In this document: in pieces, positions 1 to 10,511 of the stretch
Position numbering within the stretch: the stretch's first letter is position 1
Layout of the letters: each line of letters starts with the position of its first letter
NCBI GenBank assembly: GCA_002773095.1
Contig: PFCG01000018.1
Coordinates: 25,008-89,007, forward strand
Direction of reading: 5' to 3'
From: Candidatus Moranbacteria bacterium CG10_big_fil_rev_8_21_14_0_10_35_21
GTDB taxonomy: Bacteria > Patescibacteriota > Minisyncoccia > Moranbacterales > UBA2206
DNA: 64,000 nucleotides
Program-made: the position numbers and the translations under genes
Notes under the pieces: model-generated
Seen by the model: only the letters and a program-made list of their open reading frames with translations
Database searches by the model: none
What the model was told of the DNA's origin: nothing

Positions 1-663
1 GCCACTAAAATATCTTTTATTAATGAAATTGCCAATTTTTGTGAAAAAGTCGGAGGGAATGTTAAGGAAATTTCCAAAGGAATGGGTCTGGATTCTCGCG
101 TAGGCAATCGCTTTCTTCAAGCCGGAATCGGCTATGGTGGTTCTTGTTTTCCTAAGGACATAAAGGCTCTGATTCACACCGGCAAACAAAATGACTATGT
201 CTTTGAAATTGTGACTGCCGTGGATAAAGTAAACCAAAAACAAAAATTAAAAGCTTTTGAAATTTTAAAAAAGCAACTAAGAACCTTGAGAGGTAAAAAT
301 ATTACTCTCTGGGGACTAAGTTTCAAACCACGTACTGATGATATCCGAGAAGCTCCAGCTTTAGATACGATTGAAAATATTTTAGCCTTAGGAGGAAATG
401 TTTTAGCCTTTGATCCGGTGGCGGAAGCCAATATGAAAAAGGTTTTTTCTTCTAAAAAAATAAAATACTACCCTAATCCATATAGCGCTTTAAAAAATTC
501 AGATGTATTAATTATAATGACCGAGTGGGACGAATTTCGCAATCCAGATTATCCGAAAATGACAAAATTAATGAGAGGGAAAATAATTATTGACGGACGA
601 AATATTTTGGATAAAACTGAATCGGAAAGTGAAGGATTTAGGTATTTTGGAATAGGAGTATAA
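1..663 (+). CDS. ugd: UDP-glucose/GDP-mannose dehydrogenase family protein (5' end outside window)
   Basis: Frame is open from base 1 (ATKISFINEIANFCEKVG...). Catalytic GYGGSCFPKD and GLSFKPRTDDIRE motifs; C-terminal IIDGRN. Confidence 0.9.
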   Translation, partial: ATKISFINEIANFCEKVGGNVKEISKGMGLDSRVGNRFLQAGIGYGGSCFPKDIKALIHTGKQNDYVFEIVTAVDKVNQKQKLKAFEILKKQLRTLRGKNITLWGLSFKPRTDDIREAPALDTIENILALGGNVLAFDPVAEANMKKVFSSKKIKYYPNPYSALKNSDVLIIMTEWDEFRNPDYPKMTKLMRGKIIIDGRNILDKTESESEGFRYFGIGV

Positions 664-666
664 CTC

Positions 667-747
667 CATGAAACATAAAGCATATAGCATGTAACAAAAT
701 TAAAAATTGCATGCAAGTGTTATATGTTTCATGTTATATGTTACATG
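667..747. repeat. Inverted pair of 7-bp-period tandem repeats (CATGAAA/CATGTAA units, then TGTTATA/TGTTTCA/TGTTACA units)
   Basis: catgaaa-cataaag-catatag-catgtaa-ca at 667-696; tgttata-tgtttca-tgttata-tgttaca-tg at 718-747. Confidence 0.75.
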
Positions 748-1905
748 ATTAGAATTTTATTCTTTAATTACGAGTATCCACCTTTAGGCGGGGGAGCGGG
801 CAATGCTACTGCCTATATTTTCAAAGAATTTGCTAAAATTCCCGATTTGGAAGTTGACTTAATAACTTCTTCCATCAATTCCGAATATCATTTGGAAAAA
901 ATCGGATCCAACATTACTATTCATCGCTTACCCATTGGTAAAGACAAAAACAATCTCCATTTCCAATCGCAAAAAGATCTTTTAATTTATTCTTGGAAAG
1001 CTTACCATTTTTCCCTCAAACTGGCGCGTCAAAATAAATACGATTTAACTCATGCTTTTTTTTCTATTCCTTGTGGCTATTTGGCTCAACGTCTAAGAAA
1101 AAGGTTTGAAATCCCCTATATAGTTTCCCTGAGGGGAGCGGACGTCCCTGGTTATTCAGAAAGATTTTCCTTGGTTTATAAACTTTTTACTCCTTTAATA
1201 AAAACTATTTGGAAGGATGCTTCCCGAATAGTTTCCAATAGTGAGGGTTTGAAAAAATTGGCTGAAAAAACCGAAAAAGTTAAATCTATCAGCGTAGTTT
1301 ATAATGGCATTGATACTCAAGAATTTTATCCTCTCAAAAATAATATTCGTAATGAAAATATTTTTAAAATTATTTGTGTTTCTCGCATTACACCTAGAAA
1401 AGGCATCCGTTATCTTATAGAAGCAGTAAAAATTTTAAGAGAAAAATACCCTCAAATTAGATTAGAAATAATCGGAGAGGGAAATGAAAAAGAAGAACTC
1501 ATTAAACTTTCCGCTCAATATAATCTTAGTGAACAAGTTGCTTTTCTGGGTTTAATTTCTCACAATCAACTGCCTCGCTACTACCAAAACGCCCATGTTT
1601 TTATTTTGCCATCCTTGAACGAAGGTATGAGCAACACTATGCTGGAAGCCATTGCCAGTGGCTTACCCATTATCGCTACCGATACCGGCGGAACCAAAGA
1701 ATTAGTTTCAGATGCAGAAAATGGCTTTATTATAAAAATGAAAGATCCAGATGATTTGGTCAAAAAACTAGAAATAATGATCAATAATCAAAAATTAAGA
1801 GAAACAATGTCAATTAAGAGTCGCCAACTATCGGAAAATTTTAGTTGGCAAAAAGTAACTCAAAAGTATTATAAAATTTATAACGATGTCATCGCCGACT
1901 TCTAA
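745..1905 (+). CDS. Glycosyltransferase family 4
   Basis: N-terminal YEYPPLGGG; RITPRKG and EGMSNTMLEAIASGLP GT-B motifs. Start moved to ATG 745 because the upstream codons are repeat-derived. Confidence 0.9.
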   Translation: MIRILFFNYEYPPLGGGAGNATAYIFKEFAKIPDLEVDLITSSINSEYHLEKIGSNITIHRLPIGKDKNNLHFQSQKDLLIYSWKAYHFSLKLARQNKYDLTHAFFSIPCGYLAQRLRKRFEIPYIVSLRGADVPGYSERFSLVYKLFTPLIKTIWKDASRIVSNSEGLKKLAEKTEKVKSISVVYNGIDTQEFYPLKNNIRNENIFKIICVSRITPRKGIRYLIEAVKILREKYPQIRLEIIGEGNEKEELIKLSAQYNLSEQVAFLGLISHNQLPRYYQNAHVFILPSLNEGMSNTMLEAIASGLPIIATDTGGTKELVSDAENGFIIKMKDPDDLVKKLEIMINNQKLRETMSIKSRQLSENFSWQKVTQKYYKIYNDVIADF

Positions 1906-2827
1906 AAAATATTTAAAAATTTTTATTAAACTAATCATCAGCTTAGGATTTTTAATTTGGGTTTTTTTGGATGTTAATTGGAATGAAATTTTTTTCTATC
2001 TACAAAAAATAAGTCTAGGCGAAATAATGGTTTATTTTTCAATCATCTTGCTAGGTATGTTTATTTCATCCTACAAATGGCAGATTTTGGCCCAATTTAG
2101 AGGTATTCAAAGTTCTTATTGGAATTTCTTTAAACTTTATTTAACCGGAACATTAATTAATAATGTCATGCCCTCTTTTGTCGGAGGAGATACTTACCGT
2201 GCCTATCAAATCGGAAAGCCAGAACAAAAATATACCGAAGCCGCTTCAAGCGTAGTAATGGATCGCATTACCGGATTTGTGGGAGCTACTATTTTGTCTT
2301 TTGTTTTTGCTTTTTTTAATTACAAAAGCGTTTTAAAGCACGATATTCTTATTTTGGCCAATGTGTTACTTCTTTTGTCTTTTGGAATTGATATTGCCCT
2401 AGCTAAGATGAGAAGAATAAATTTATTCAAAGATCGCGCTAAGCAAATTTTACCCTTAAAGTTTATTGCTTTCTTAAGAGATTTATCTAGCTATAACGGA
2501 AATTCTCGTATTCTTATTCGCTCCATTTTATGGGGGAGTGTTTTTTCTTTTATTGGAGTAGCCGTTTCCAATGGAATCCTTTTTTGGGCCTTGGGCATTA
2601 AAATGAATATGTTGGACTATCTTTCGGCTATTTTTCTGGTCAGTATTATTTCAGCTATCCCTATTAGTATTAATAATATCGGGGTTAAAGAGTGGGCCTA
2701 CGTCACCTTTTTCGGCGTTTTTGGAATTAGTAGTTCTCTAATTATAACCGTGGCTTTATTAAGCCGATTTTTGCAAATGATTTTGAGTTTCTCGGCCTTA
2801 CCAATTTATCTAAAAAATAAAGATTAA
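1886..2827 (+). CDS. Lysylphosphatidylglycerol synthase TM-domain / UPF0104 flippase-like membrane protein
   Basis: KWQIL...NNVMPSFVGGDTYR, SVVMDRITG and IPISINNIGVKE motifs; multiple TM helices. Confidence 0.85.
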   Translation: MSSPTSKKYLKIFIKLIISLGFLIWVFLDVNWNEIFFYLQKISLGEIMVYFSIILLGMFISSYKWQILAQFRGIQSSYWNFFKLYLTGTLINNVMPSFVGGDTYRAYQIGKPEQKYTEAASSVVMDRITGFVGATILSFVFAFFNYKSVLKHDILILANVLLLLSFGIDIALAKMRRINLFKDRAKQILPLKFIAFLRDLSSYNGNSRILIRSILWGSVFSFIGVAVSNGILFWALGIKMNMLDYLSAIFLVSIISAIPISINNIGVKEWAYVTFFGVFGISSSLIITVALLSRFLQMILSFSALPIYLKNKD

Positions 2828-4723
2828 TCAGTTTTTTCTTCGGATTTTATTATTTTGACAAAATTATCTGGTCTCCCTCCGATATTAATCTTCCAAACTG
2901 ATGGAAGAGTATAATAGTCGAGACTGCCCTTTTTTACTAGTTCTGGATAGCGCCATTCGAATTTATGACGAATTTCTCCTCGTCGACTTATGACAAGATA
3001 ATCTGGAATAGTTTTTGAAAGATCTATTTTATAATCTCTGATGCACTTTCCCTTGATGAATTGGCAGATGGCACTTCTATCAGACCAGATGATTATTTTT
3101 CTGGATTAGGAAGAGAATTTAAATATTGTGCCGCTTCATATTCTCCATAGCCCCAAGCATCAGTTACGACGTATTTTTTTGGTAAAAGAAAACTTTCATA
3201 ATTTAAATAAAAAGGTTTTATTTTCCAAAGAGAAAAAATTCCCGAAAAAATAATGATTATTAAAAACATCCAAATATTATTTCTTTGAAATAATATTTTT
3301 TTAATTTTAGTTAGATTACTGAATTCATAAATTCCTACCGCTGCTAAGAAAGCATAAAGAGGATAGAGGATAATACTGTATCTTGGATTAGCTAACACGC
3401 CGGAAAATAGGGTAGCCACAAAATATAATAAAGTAAAAAAGGTAATAATAAAAACCGGGAGTTGATATTGCTCTAACTTTCCAAATAGCATTTTTCCCCA
3501 GAGAAATAAGATAGCCATTATTATAATTGGGGTTAGAGAAAAAAGAAACGGCTGAATTTCAATAGCTACTTTGGTTATTAATTTTAAAATTGGATTATAG
3601 TCCGCCAACATTGGAAAGATAAGATCCTTATCAATAAAAGCTTCCTCTTTCACATCACTAAGGGGAACTATGGGATTTTTTAGATAAGGATTGATCAATA
3701 TAAATATAAAAAAACCCAATAAAACGAAAGCGGTTATTTTGAAAATAATCTGTTTATTTTTGCTAAAAAATTTAGCCATAGTTTCTATGACTCTGCTTTT
3801 TAATAAAAGCGCATCGGACAATAATATTCCTAAAAATGCGATTATTATGGAAAAGATTGATTCAAGAGCTGGCGAACCAATAGTTCCCCTATAAAGATAT
3901 TTAATTTTAATAAAGACCGCCGGCATAAACAGACTGAAAATAGCCACCGACGCAAGCGTAATTATCAAAAAATATTTTAACTGTTTCAATATATATTCTT
4001 TCACGCCCTGCTTATCTTTTATCGCCGAAAAATTAATCACTAAATCAGAAAAAAACATTAATATGAAGAGCGGAAAAAGAATATTAGCGGTGTATTTGGA
4101 GAGCAAACTAGCTCCCAAAAATAGGGCAGTTAATCTAATAAATTTACGCTCATCGGTTTTGAGAAGTGCAAAATAAGAAAAAATTGAAGCTGAAGAAAAA
4201 ACCCAAAAAAGAGCATCAGGGTTTATAATTTGTGACATACCCACTAAAATCGGGGAAAGCGCCATGAATACCATTGTTAATAACGCTAGCCAATCATTAT
4301 CTGTAATTTTTTTAATTATCCAAAAGAAAAAACTAAAAATAGAGCATTGAAAAGCAATATAGGAAAACGAAGAGAAAAATTTATTTTGTCTGTCTTATTT
4401 GAGTCATAAACCGTATAATTTTCATTTTCAGTAATTTTTGAATCGCGTATGCGATGTTCTTCTGGATTCGGCTCAGCCAATAGCCCTACACCCGAAATCA
4501 AGGCCACTGATACCCCCGGCTTATCATTAATATAGGTCTTTTTCCAATTTTGATTTTTTAGAGCTTCCCAATATTGTGGAACACGTTCACCTTTCCAAAA
4601 ATGTTCATCCACCGTTTCAAACTTCTCCAAATGATATAATCCAAAAACAAAAAATAAGATTGCTGACAAAAAAACAAACCCATAAATTACTACCTGCTGT
4701 TTTTTGGGATTTTTTAAAATCAC
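2824..4723 (-). pseudogene. GT-C (PMT/ArnT-like) glycosyltransferase split by two single-base homopolymer deletions (pseudogene or sequencing error)
   Basis: ORFs 4316-4723 and 3093-4274 plus an unlisted tail 2824-3095 (IIIWSDRSAICQFIKGKC...NFVKIIKSEEKTD*) join if one base is added at 4327-4332 and one at 3096-3100. The joined protein is colinear with the paralog at 4736-7027 (VDE, DKPG, INPDAL, GYGEYEAA, WSD..C motifs). Confidence 0.8.
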
Positions 4724-4735
4724 GGAATTTTATTA

Positions 4736-7027
4736 TTATTTTATATAACTAATATCAATATCTTCGGCTCTTATTATTTTAATATAATTACTTTTGCGAT
4801 TGCCTAAATTTATTTGATATTCCGGCTTTTCATAATCATAGAGCTTGTCAAAACGAACCAAATATTCTGCGTTATTATTTACTTTATTTAAAATATCACG
4901 AGTATTTTTAGCTCTTCTTCCCACTGAAACAACATAATAATCAAACTTTGTTTTATTGAGCATAAGTTTTTTGAAATCCATACTGACAGAGCAATTTCCT
5001 ATAAAAAATTCGCAAACCCCACTCTTGTCAGACCAGATGTTTAATTTATAGGCCTCAGGAATTTTATTGAGATATTCTGCCGCTTCATAGGATCCATCAC
5101 CCATATCCTTCAGGTTAAGCACATATTTTTCCGGAAGCAAAGAAATAGCGTAGCTAAAATATAAGGAATTTAATTTAAACAAAGAAACCAAGCTGACAAT
5201 TATAATTAGAGTTGCTAAAATAATTTCTTTTTTTGAATATTTTAGATATTTATTCATCCAAAGAAGAAAATTTTCTATTCCCATAGCAGACAAAATAAAA
5301 ATCAATGGATAAATAATGATTTGATAGCGAACAGTGGCGCCGACATGACTAACGGTGGAAGCAAAATAATAAAAAAGTGTAAAAGTAATTAAATAAATGG
5401 CTACCCTTAACTTTTCCGAAATCAGGTTATTTTTTTTGAGAATAAACATACCATAAAAAATCACCGAAGTTAAGACCAGCGGAGAAATTCCGAAGATCAA
5501 GGGATAAAAATTAGCTGAAAAAATCCCTAGAAAGCCATTTTTAGAATAGGCAGACTTTGGAGAGGCTAAAATTTCTTCAAAAGGAATAAAATGCATTCCG
5601 GAGTAAGTATTAAACAACGCCCAACCGATCCCCAACAAAAAAGAGAACGTGATTAAATAACCAAGTTCATACTTAATTTCTTCTAATTTATTAAAAGCCC
5701 ATTCAAAACCACGACTTTTAAAAATTATATAATCCGCTATAAGAAAAATAATAATACCCACGAAGATAGGCCAATTTTTTTCAAAGGCTTCACTATATAT
5801 CGTGGCAATTAATAATCTCTTCGGTTTCAACCAAACAGCCGGATAAAGAATATAGAAAAACGATAGCGCTATGAAAACAATGGAACCAAAATCAATTAAA
5901 GATTTTTTTATATAGGCTTGAATTTTTTCTGTATTATTTTTATTAAAAATATATTCTAAGAATATCATTCCGAGAAAAAAGGCTACTAAAATATTAGAAA
6001 CATATTTCGTCAAAAGAGACAACCCTAAAAACAATCCAGTTAGAAAAATATATAGTAGCTTACGATTTTTTAGAAAATTTAAGTGAGCCAGAAAAGATAA
6101 TGGTAAAAACAGCCAAAGTAAAGCGTCAGGATTTATCATACGTGACATTCCTAATAGAATAGGGGATAATCCTATAAATAGATATGAAAAGAGAGCTACC
6201 GTTTTTCCCAAAAGCCTTTCCGTCAAAAAATAAAATAATGGTAATGAGAAAACGATAAAAATAAAAAGTGGCACCCTCATGGCTCGATTAAGGTTCTCCA
6301 AATTTTTAGGATTTGAATAAATAAATCCTTGCCATTTTATAGATTTATATTCTTTGGGATTTTCCCAAAGAAGGCCAACACCAGAAAGATAGGCCACCGT
6401 TGTTCCGGGCTTATCACTCACACGAGTATTTAGCCAATCTTTTTCGGCTATATTTTTCCAAAATTTAGGAATACGTTTATAGAGCCAAAGTGGCTCATCG
6501 ACTAAAGCTTGTTTTTCTATATTATGAAATCCAAAGCTGAAAAAAATCGAGGTTATTATGGTCACCAAAAATAGATAAACCCACCCTTGCTGTTTAATCC
6601 ATTCCTTTATATTTATTTTCTTTTCGGAGCTTCGTATATTTTTAAAATAATATTTTCCCAAAATAAAAGCGCCTATTAAGATTATATAAACTCCTACTCC
6701 TAGGTGAATAAGATTGTTAAACTCTCCCTTGATTGAAATTCCCCATAAAAAAATTATTTCGGATGGTAGCCAAATAAGTATTACTGTGAAGATGTTATGT
6801 TTTATTTTACCCCATTTGGTATTGAAAAAAAGAAAAATTCCTATCCCTACGCAAAATAAGATAAAGAAAATTCCATAAATAACCTTATTGGAAATAATTG
6901 TCTCCGGTCCTAAAAAATGAGCTTTATTTTGAACATACATTATTGAGAGAACAGCCAAAAGGAAAGAAATTAAAAAATATAATTTTTTTTCTAAGATAAC
7001 TCCATATAGCTTATCGAGTAGTTTCAT
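4736..7027 (-). CDS. GT-C superfamily (PMT_2/ArnT-like) glycosyltransferase
   Basis: Polytopic. VDEPLW, DKPGTT, SRMINPDAL and LTKY motifs. Start placed at ATG 7027 to avoid overlap with the divergent gene. Confidence 0.8.
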   Translation of the reverse strand: MKLLDKLYGVILEKKLYFLISFLLAVLSIMYVQNKAHFLGPETIISNKVIYGIFFILFCVGIGIFLFFNTKWGKIKHNIFTVILIWLPSEIIFLWGISIKGEFNNLIHLGVGVYIILIGAFILGKYYFKNIRSSEKKINIKEWIKQQGWVYLFLVTIITSIFFSFGFHNIEKQALVDEPLWLYKRIPKFWKNIAEKDWLNTRVSDKPGTTVAYLSGVGLLWENPKEYKSIKWQGFIYSNPKNLENLNRAMRVPLFIFIVFSLPLFYFLTERLLGKTVALFSYLFIGLSPILLGMSRMINPDALLWLFLPLSFLAHLNFLKNRKLLYIFLTGLFLGLSLLTKYVSNILVAFFLGMIFLEYIFNKNNTEKIQAYIKKSLIDFGSIVFIALSFFYILYPAVWLKPKRLLIATIYSEAFEKNWPIFVGIIIFLIADYIIFKSRGFEWAFNKLEEIKYELGYLITFSFLLGIGWALFNTYSGMHFIPFEEILASPKSAYSKNGFLGIFSANFYPLIFGISPLVLTSVIFYGMFILKKNNLISEKLRVAIYLITFTLFYYFASTVSHVGATVRYQIIIYPLIFILSAMGIENFLLWMNKYLKYSKKEIILATLIIIVSLVSLFKLNSLYFSYAISLLPEKYVLNLKDMGDGSYEAAEYLNKIPEAYKLNIWSDKSGVCEFFIGNCSVSMDFKKLMLNKTKFDYYVVSVGRRAKNTRDILNKVNNNAEYLVRFDKLYDYEKPEYQINLGNRKSNYIKIIRAEDIDISYIK

Positions 7028-7076
7028 ACAGATATATACAATATTACTTTTTTTTATTATAATATATATAAGCTCT

Positions 7077-8852
7077 ATGTTCAACTTTATTGAAAAACTG
7101 ACCAGAAATAAAATATACCTAGTCGCCTTTGTTATTATTATTTTAATCGGCGCTTTTTTGCGTTCTTATCATTTCTCAGACTGGCTTCATTTTGAGATGG
7201 ATCAATCCCGAGACGCTAAAATTATATCTTTTGTAGTGGAAAATGGCATAGATAACCTTCCTTTATTAGGACCGCGAGCAGGAGGAACATTTTTACGACT
7301 AGGCCCAATTTTTTATTATATGGAATATGCTAGTGCGCTTGTTTTTGGAAACACGCCATCTGGCATGGCAGTTTTCAACCTAATTCTGGGAATAGCGGCT
7401 ATTCCAATTTTTTATTTTTTTTGCTTACGCTATTTCAGAAAAAAAATAGCTTTATCGCTAACATTGCTTTTTTCCGTTTCTCTTTTTATGGTACTGCATT
7501 CGCGCTTTGCTTGGAATCCTAATCCCTTAATGTTCTTTTCAATTTTAACTTTCTATGCGTTACTTCGCACAGTTGATCGTGAAGAAAAAAGAAAGGGCTT
7601 GTGGCTAGCCCTTAGTGTTCTTGCGTTAACAGTGAGTACTCAGCTTCATTTTTTAGCTTTTGTTTCTTATCCAATTATTTTTCTTATATTTCTACTTATC
7701 AAGCGTCCAAAAATTACGTGGAAATTTTGGATTATTTCTACCATAATAGTTTTATTTTTATATACGCCCTTTATTATAAATGAAATAAAAACAAAGGGAG
7801 CTAATTATGAAGAATTTATTGAAGCAGTTTCATGGAAATCATCCAAAAGCAAACGAACTTTTCCAGAAAAAATTCTCAGAGCCTATGAAGAAATTTCAGT
7901 GGGAAATTTTCTGATATTAAGTGGATCGGAAAATAATAATTTTTATCAAATTAAAAAGGTTAATCTTCCGGAAATCAAAGCTGGTTGCCCATCAAATTGT
8001 CGAAAGGCGATTTTATGGGGCATATTTCCTTTGTTTTTGTTTTTCGCATCCCTTATACTTTTTTTCAAAAGTCTAATTTCCGAAAAAGATCACAAAAGAA
8101 AAGACTTCTTGATCCTTGGGCTCTTTTGGTTTGGGCTGGTCTACTTAGTTCTTCTTTCACTGGCATTTGACATCTCGCCACGATTTTTTCTTCTAGCTGT
8201 ACCAGCGCCTTTTATTTTTTTGGGAATAGTTCTAGATTTTTTAGACAAAAAAATAAAATATGGAAAATGGGTTTGGATACTTTTAATTTTATTTTTAACT
8301 ATTAGTAACCTCAAATATACCAAGGAACGTTTTTGGCAATTGGAAAACACTCCTCGAGAATCTTTTAAGCCTACGTCCGACAGAATATTAAAAGAAAAAA
8401 ATAGAGTTACTCTGGAACAACAACTGATGATAATTGATTACGTCAAAGAAATTTATCAAAAAAATAAATACCCTGTGTATATCAATAGTGATGCCTATTA
8501 CAGAAGATCGTTTTTATATCATTTAGAGCAAATCAAAATACCAAGAGATGACTTTCGAGATGTTAAAATATATGAAAAAGGTAATTATTTTCTGATTTAT
8601 CCTACCCTTTCTAATTTTGATAAAGATATCGAAAAATATAATGTAGACTATAATCTTATTGAAAAAAAACAATTCGGAACGCTGCTAGTTTTACGTCTTA
8701 TTCCAAAACCAGAATCCATTCAGGCGATAATTCAGGAATTTAATGAAGAAAAAAATATCAGTACGGGCATTAATGTTCCCAAGCGCTATACCTGGGAAGA
8801 GCTATTTTCCGAAGAGACTGCGGGTGATAATGTTAATGAAGAAGATTTATAA
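7077..8852 (+). CDS. GT39/ArnT-like polyprenol-phosphate-sugar glycosyltransferase
   Basis: FLR..., FEMDQSRD, LGPIFYY, SRFAWNPN and QLH motifs; about 11 TM helices. Confidence 0.85.
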   Translation: MFNFIEKLTRNKIYLVAFVIIILIGAFLRSYHFSDWLHFEMDQSRDAKIISFVVENGIDNLPLLGPRAGGTFLRLGPIFYYMEYASALVFGNTPSGMAVFNLILGIAAIPIFYFFCLRYFRKKIALSLTLLFSVSLFMVLHSRFAWNPNPLMFFSILTFYALLRTVDREEKRKGLWLALSVLALTVSTQLHFLAFVSYPIIFLIFLLIKRPKITWKFWIISTIIVLFLYTPFIINEIKTKGANYEEFIEAVSWKSSKSKRTFPEKILRAYEEISVGNFLILSGSENNNFYQIKKVNLPEIKAGCPSNCRKAILWGIFPLFLFFASLILFFKSLISEKDHKRKDFLILGLFWFGLVYLVLLSLAFDISPRFFLLAVPAPFIFLGIVLDFLDKKIKYGKWVWILLILFLTISNLKYTKERFWQLENTPRESFKPTSDRILKEKNRVTLEQQLMIIDYVKEIYQKNKYPVYINSDAYYRRSFLYHLEQIKIPRDDFRDVKIYEKGNYFLIYPTLSNFDKDIEKYNVDYNLIEKKQFGTLLVLRLIPKPESIQAIIQEFNEEKNISTGINVPKRYTWEELFSEETAGDNVNEEDL

Positions 8853-8872
8853 TTAGCTAATTTTTTAATTTT

Positions 8873-10453
8873 ATGGAATTTATCAAAAAAAATTTCTTAG
8901 TCATCTTTATCCTAATTTTACTTCTAGGCACGGCTTTGCGAGTGTATAATCTTTCTGGAACGTCTTTTTCGGCCGATGAATTTCTGGGCGTCAACACCGC
9001 CTACGGCTATGCTAAAACAGGCGAGTGGAGGCGCTGGGATTTTAATCTCAATAAATTATCCGAAGACCGATCTTATGCCTATACCATCTTTGACTTTGGA
9101 AACAAAAAAGACGCGGAAGAAGGTAACTATATCCGTGCTTGGATGTATAACGGTCAAATTGCAAAAGTTTTAAACTTTTTGCCAGCCTCCAAAGAATCAT
9201 CTTTTCGACTAGTCAGTGTCCTTTGGGGTATTGTTTCGCTCTTTTTATTGTATTTTATCGCAAAATTTTTCACCAAAAACAGAATTATTGGTCTTTTGAG
9301 CGCATTTTTGTTTGCCATTAGTATTTCAGGAATTATTTTTGACCGAAATATCAGAATGTATGCCATGCTTTTCCCATTCTATTTGATGTTTTCCTATTTA
9401 TTTTATCAATTCCTTGAGGGTGAGAAGAATTTTGGATACTCAATTATTGATAAATTGAAAAAAATAACTGGTCTTAATTTTGTTTACCTAATCCCTCTAG
9501 CGGTTATTGGATTGGTCAGTCTTCATCTGCATCTCCTTTCAGTTAATATTTTTCCGGTTGTTTTTGTTTATATCATAGCTAATGCGATTATTGAATTCAG
9601 AAAAACTGGAAAAAAGTTAAATCGCTATTCAAATTATATTATTCTTGCCGGTGCACTTTTTGTGATTTTCCTTCTGGCTTTTCCAAGACAATTTGCTCCA
9701 ATTTTAATGGGAATAGAATTTGAAAATCATTTCTCATATATTATTAGAGCCTTTTCGGATTATGCGAGCGCAATTCTAGCCTTTGGCACAATGATCTTAG
9801 GAATAATTTATCTCAATAAAAATCATAAAAAGGAATCACTGTTTTTGGTTTCATCACTTGTAGTGCCTTTTTTTCTCGCTATTTTTGTTTGGAATCGAAG
9901 TGTTGGTGATCAATACATATTTTTTATAAAATCCTTTTTAATTATTCTAATAGCTTCTGGAATTTATTTCTTGGCAGAATTTTTTGGAAAAACATTTTCT
10001 CAGAATAAACTAAAAATAGAACTAGCAACAATTATACTCGCCCTTATAATTATTCCCAACTATGCTTATTTTTTTCAGGAAAATAATACTTATCGTCAAA
10101 CTTCAAGCTCAGATAGCCCAAATTATAAAAAAGTTTTCGGATATTACTTAAAACATCAGCAAGATGGGGATGTTCTGGTGACTCGCTGGTTTAGAAATTA
10201 TTATTTTTCTGATGCTAATGCTAGGGTGGAAACTTTTGGTGGCGAAAGAGAGGATAAAGACATTAAAAAAATGACTGGGGAACGTTTGGCTGAAATTCAA
10301 AAAAACAACTCTTGCGGGTGGTTTATTTGGGCGGATAATGATGACGATTTTATCACGGCTGATGCTAAAGACTATGCTAGAAAGAATTTTGAGTTTATTA
10401 ATGACATCGCGGTGCGAGGCAAGATCACCGTTAATCATTGGTGTGATAAATAG
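8873..10453 (+). CDS. GT39/PMT-like membrane glycosyltransferase
   Basis: ALRVYNL...SFSADE, FRLVSVLWG and RNIRMYA motifs; polytopic. Confidence 0.8.
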   Translation: MEFIKKNFLVIFILILLLGTALRVYNLSGTSFSADEFLGVNTAYGYAKTGEWRRWDFNLNKLSEDRSYAYTIFDFGNKKDAEEGNYIRAWMYNGQIAKVLNFLPASKESSFRLVSVLWGIVSLFLLYFIAKFFTKNRIIGLLSAFLFAISISGIIFDRNIRMYAMLFPFYLMFSYLFYQFLEGEKNFGYSIIDKLKKITGLNFVYLIPLAVIGLVSLHLHLLSVNIFPVVFVYIIANAIIEFRKTGKKLNRYSNYIILAGALFVIFLLAFPRQFAPILMGIEFENHFSYIIRAFSDYASAILAFGTMILGIIYLNKNHKKESLFLVSSLVVPFFLAIFVWNRSVGDQYIFFIKSFLIILIASGIYFLAEFFGKTFSQNKLKIELATIILALIIIPNYAYFFQENNTYRQTSSSDSPNYKKVFGYYLKHQQDGDVLVTRWFRNYYFSDANARVETFGGEREDKDIKKMTGERLAEIQKNNSCGWFIWADNDDDFITADAKDYARKNFEFINDIAVRGKITVNHWCDK

Positions 10454-10465
10454 TTACTAGCTAGC

Positions 10466-10493
10466 TAGTAGTTGGTAGTGAGTAGTTTGTAGT
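10466..10493. repeat. 7-bp-period tandem repeat (nnGTAGT x4) between convergent genes
   Basis: tagtagt-tggtagt-gagtagt-ttgtagt. Confidence 0.65.
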
Positions 10494-10511
10494 AAATTCA
10501 AATTATTTTTT

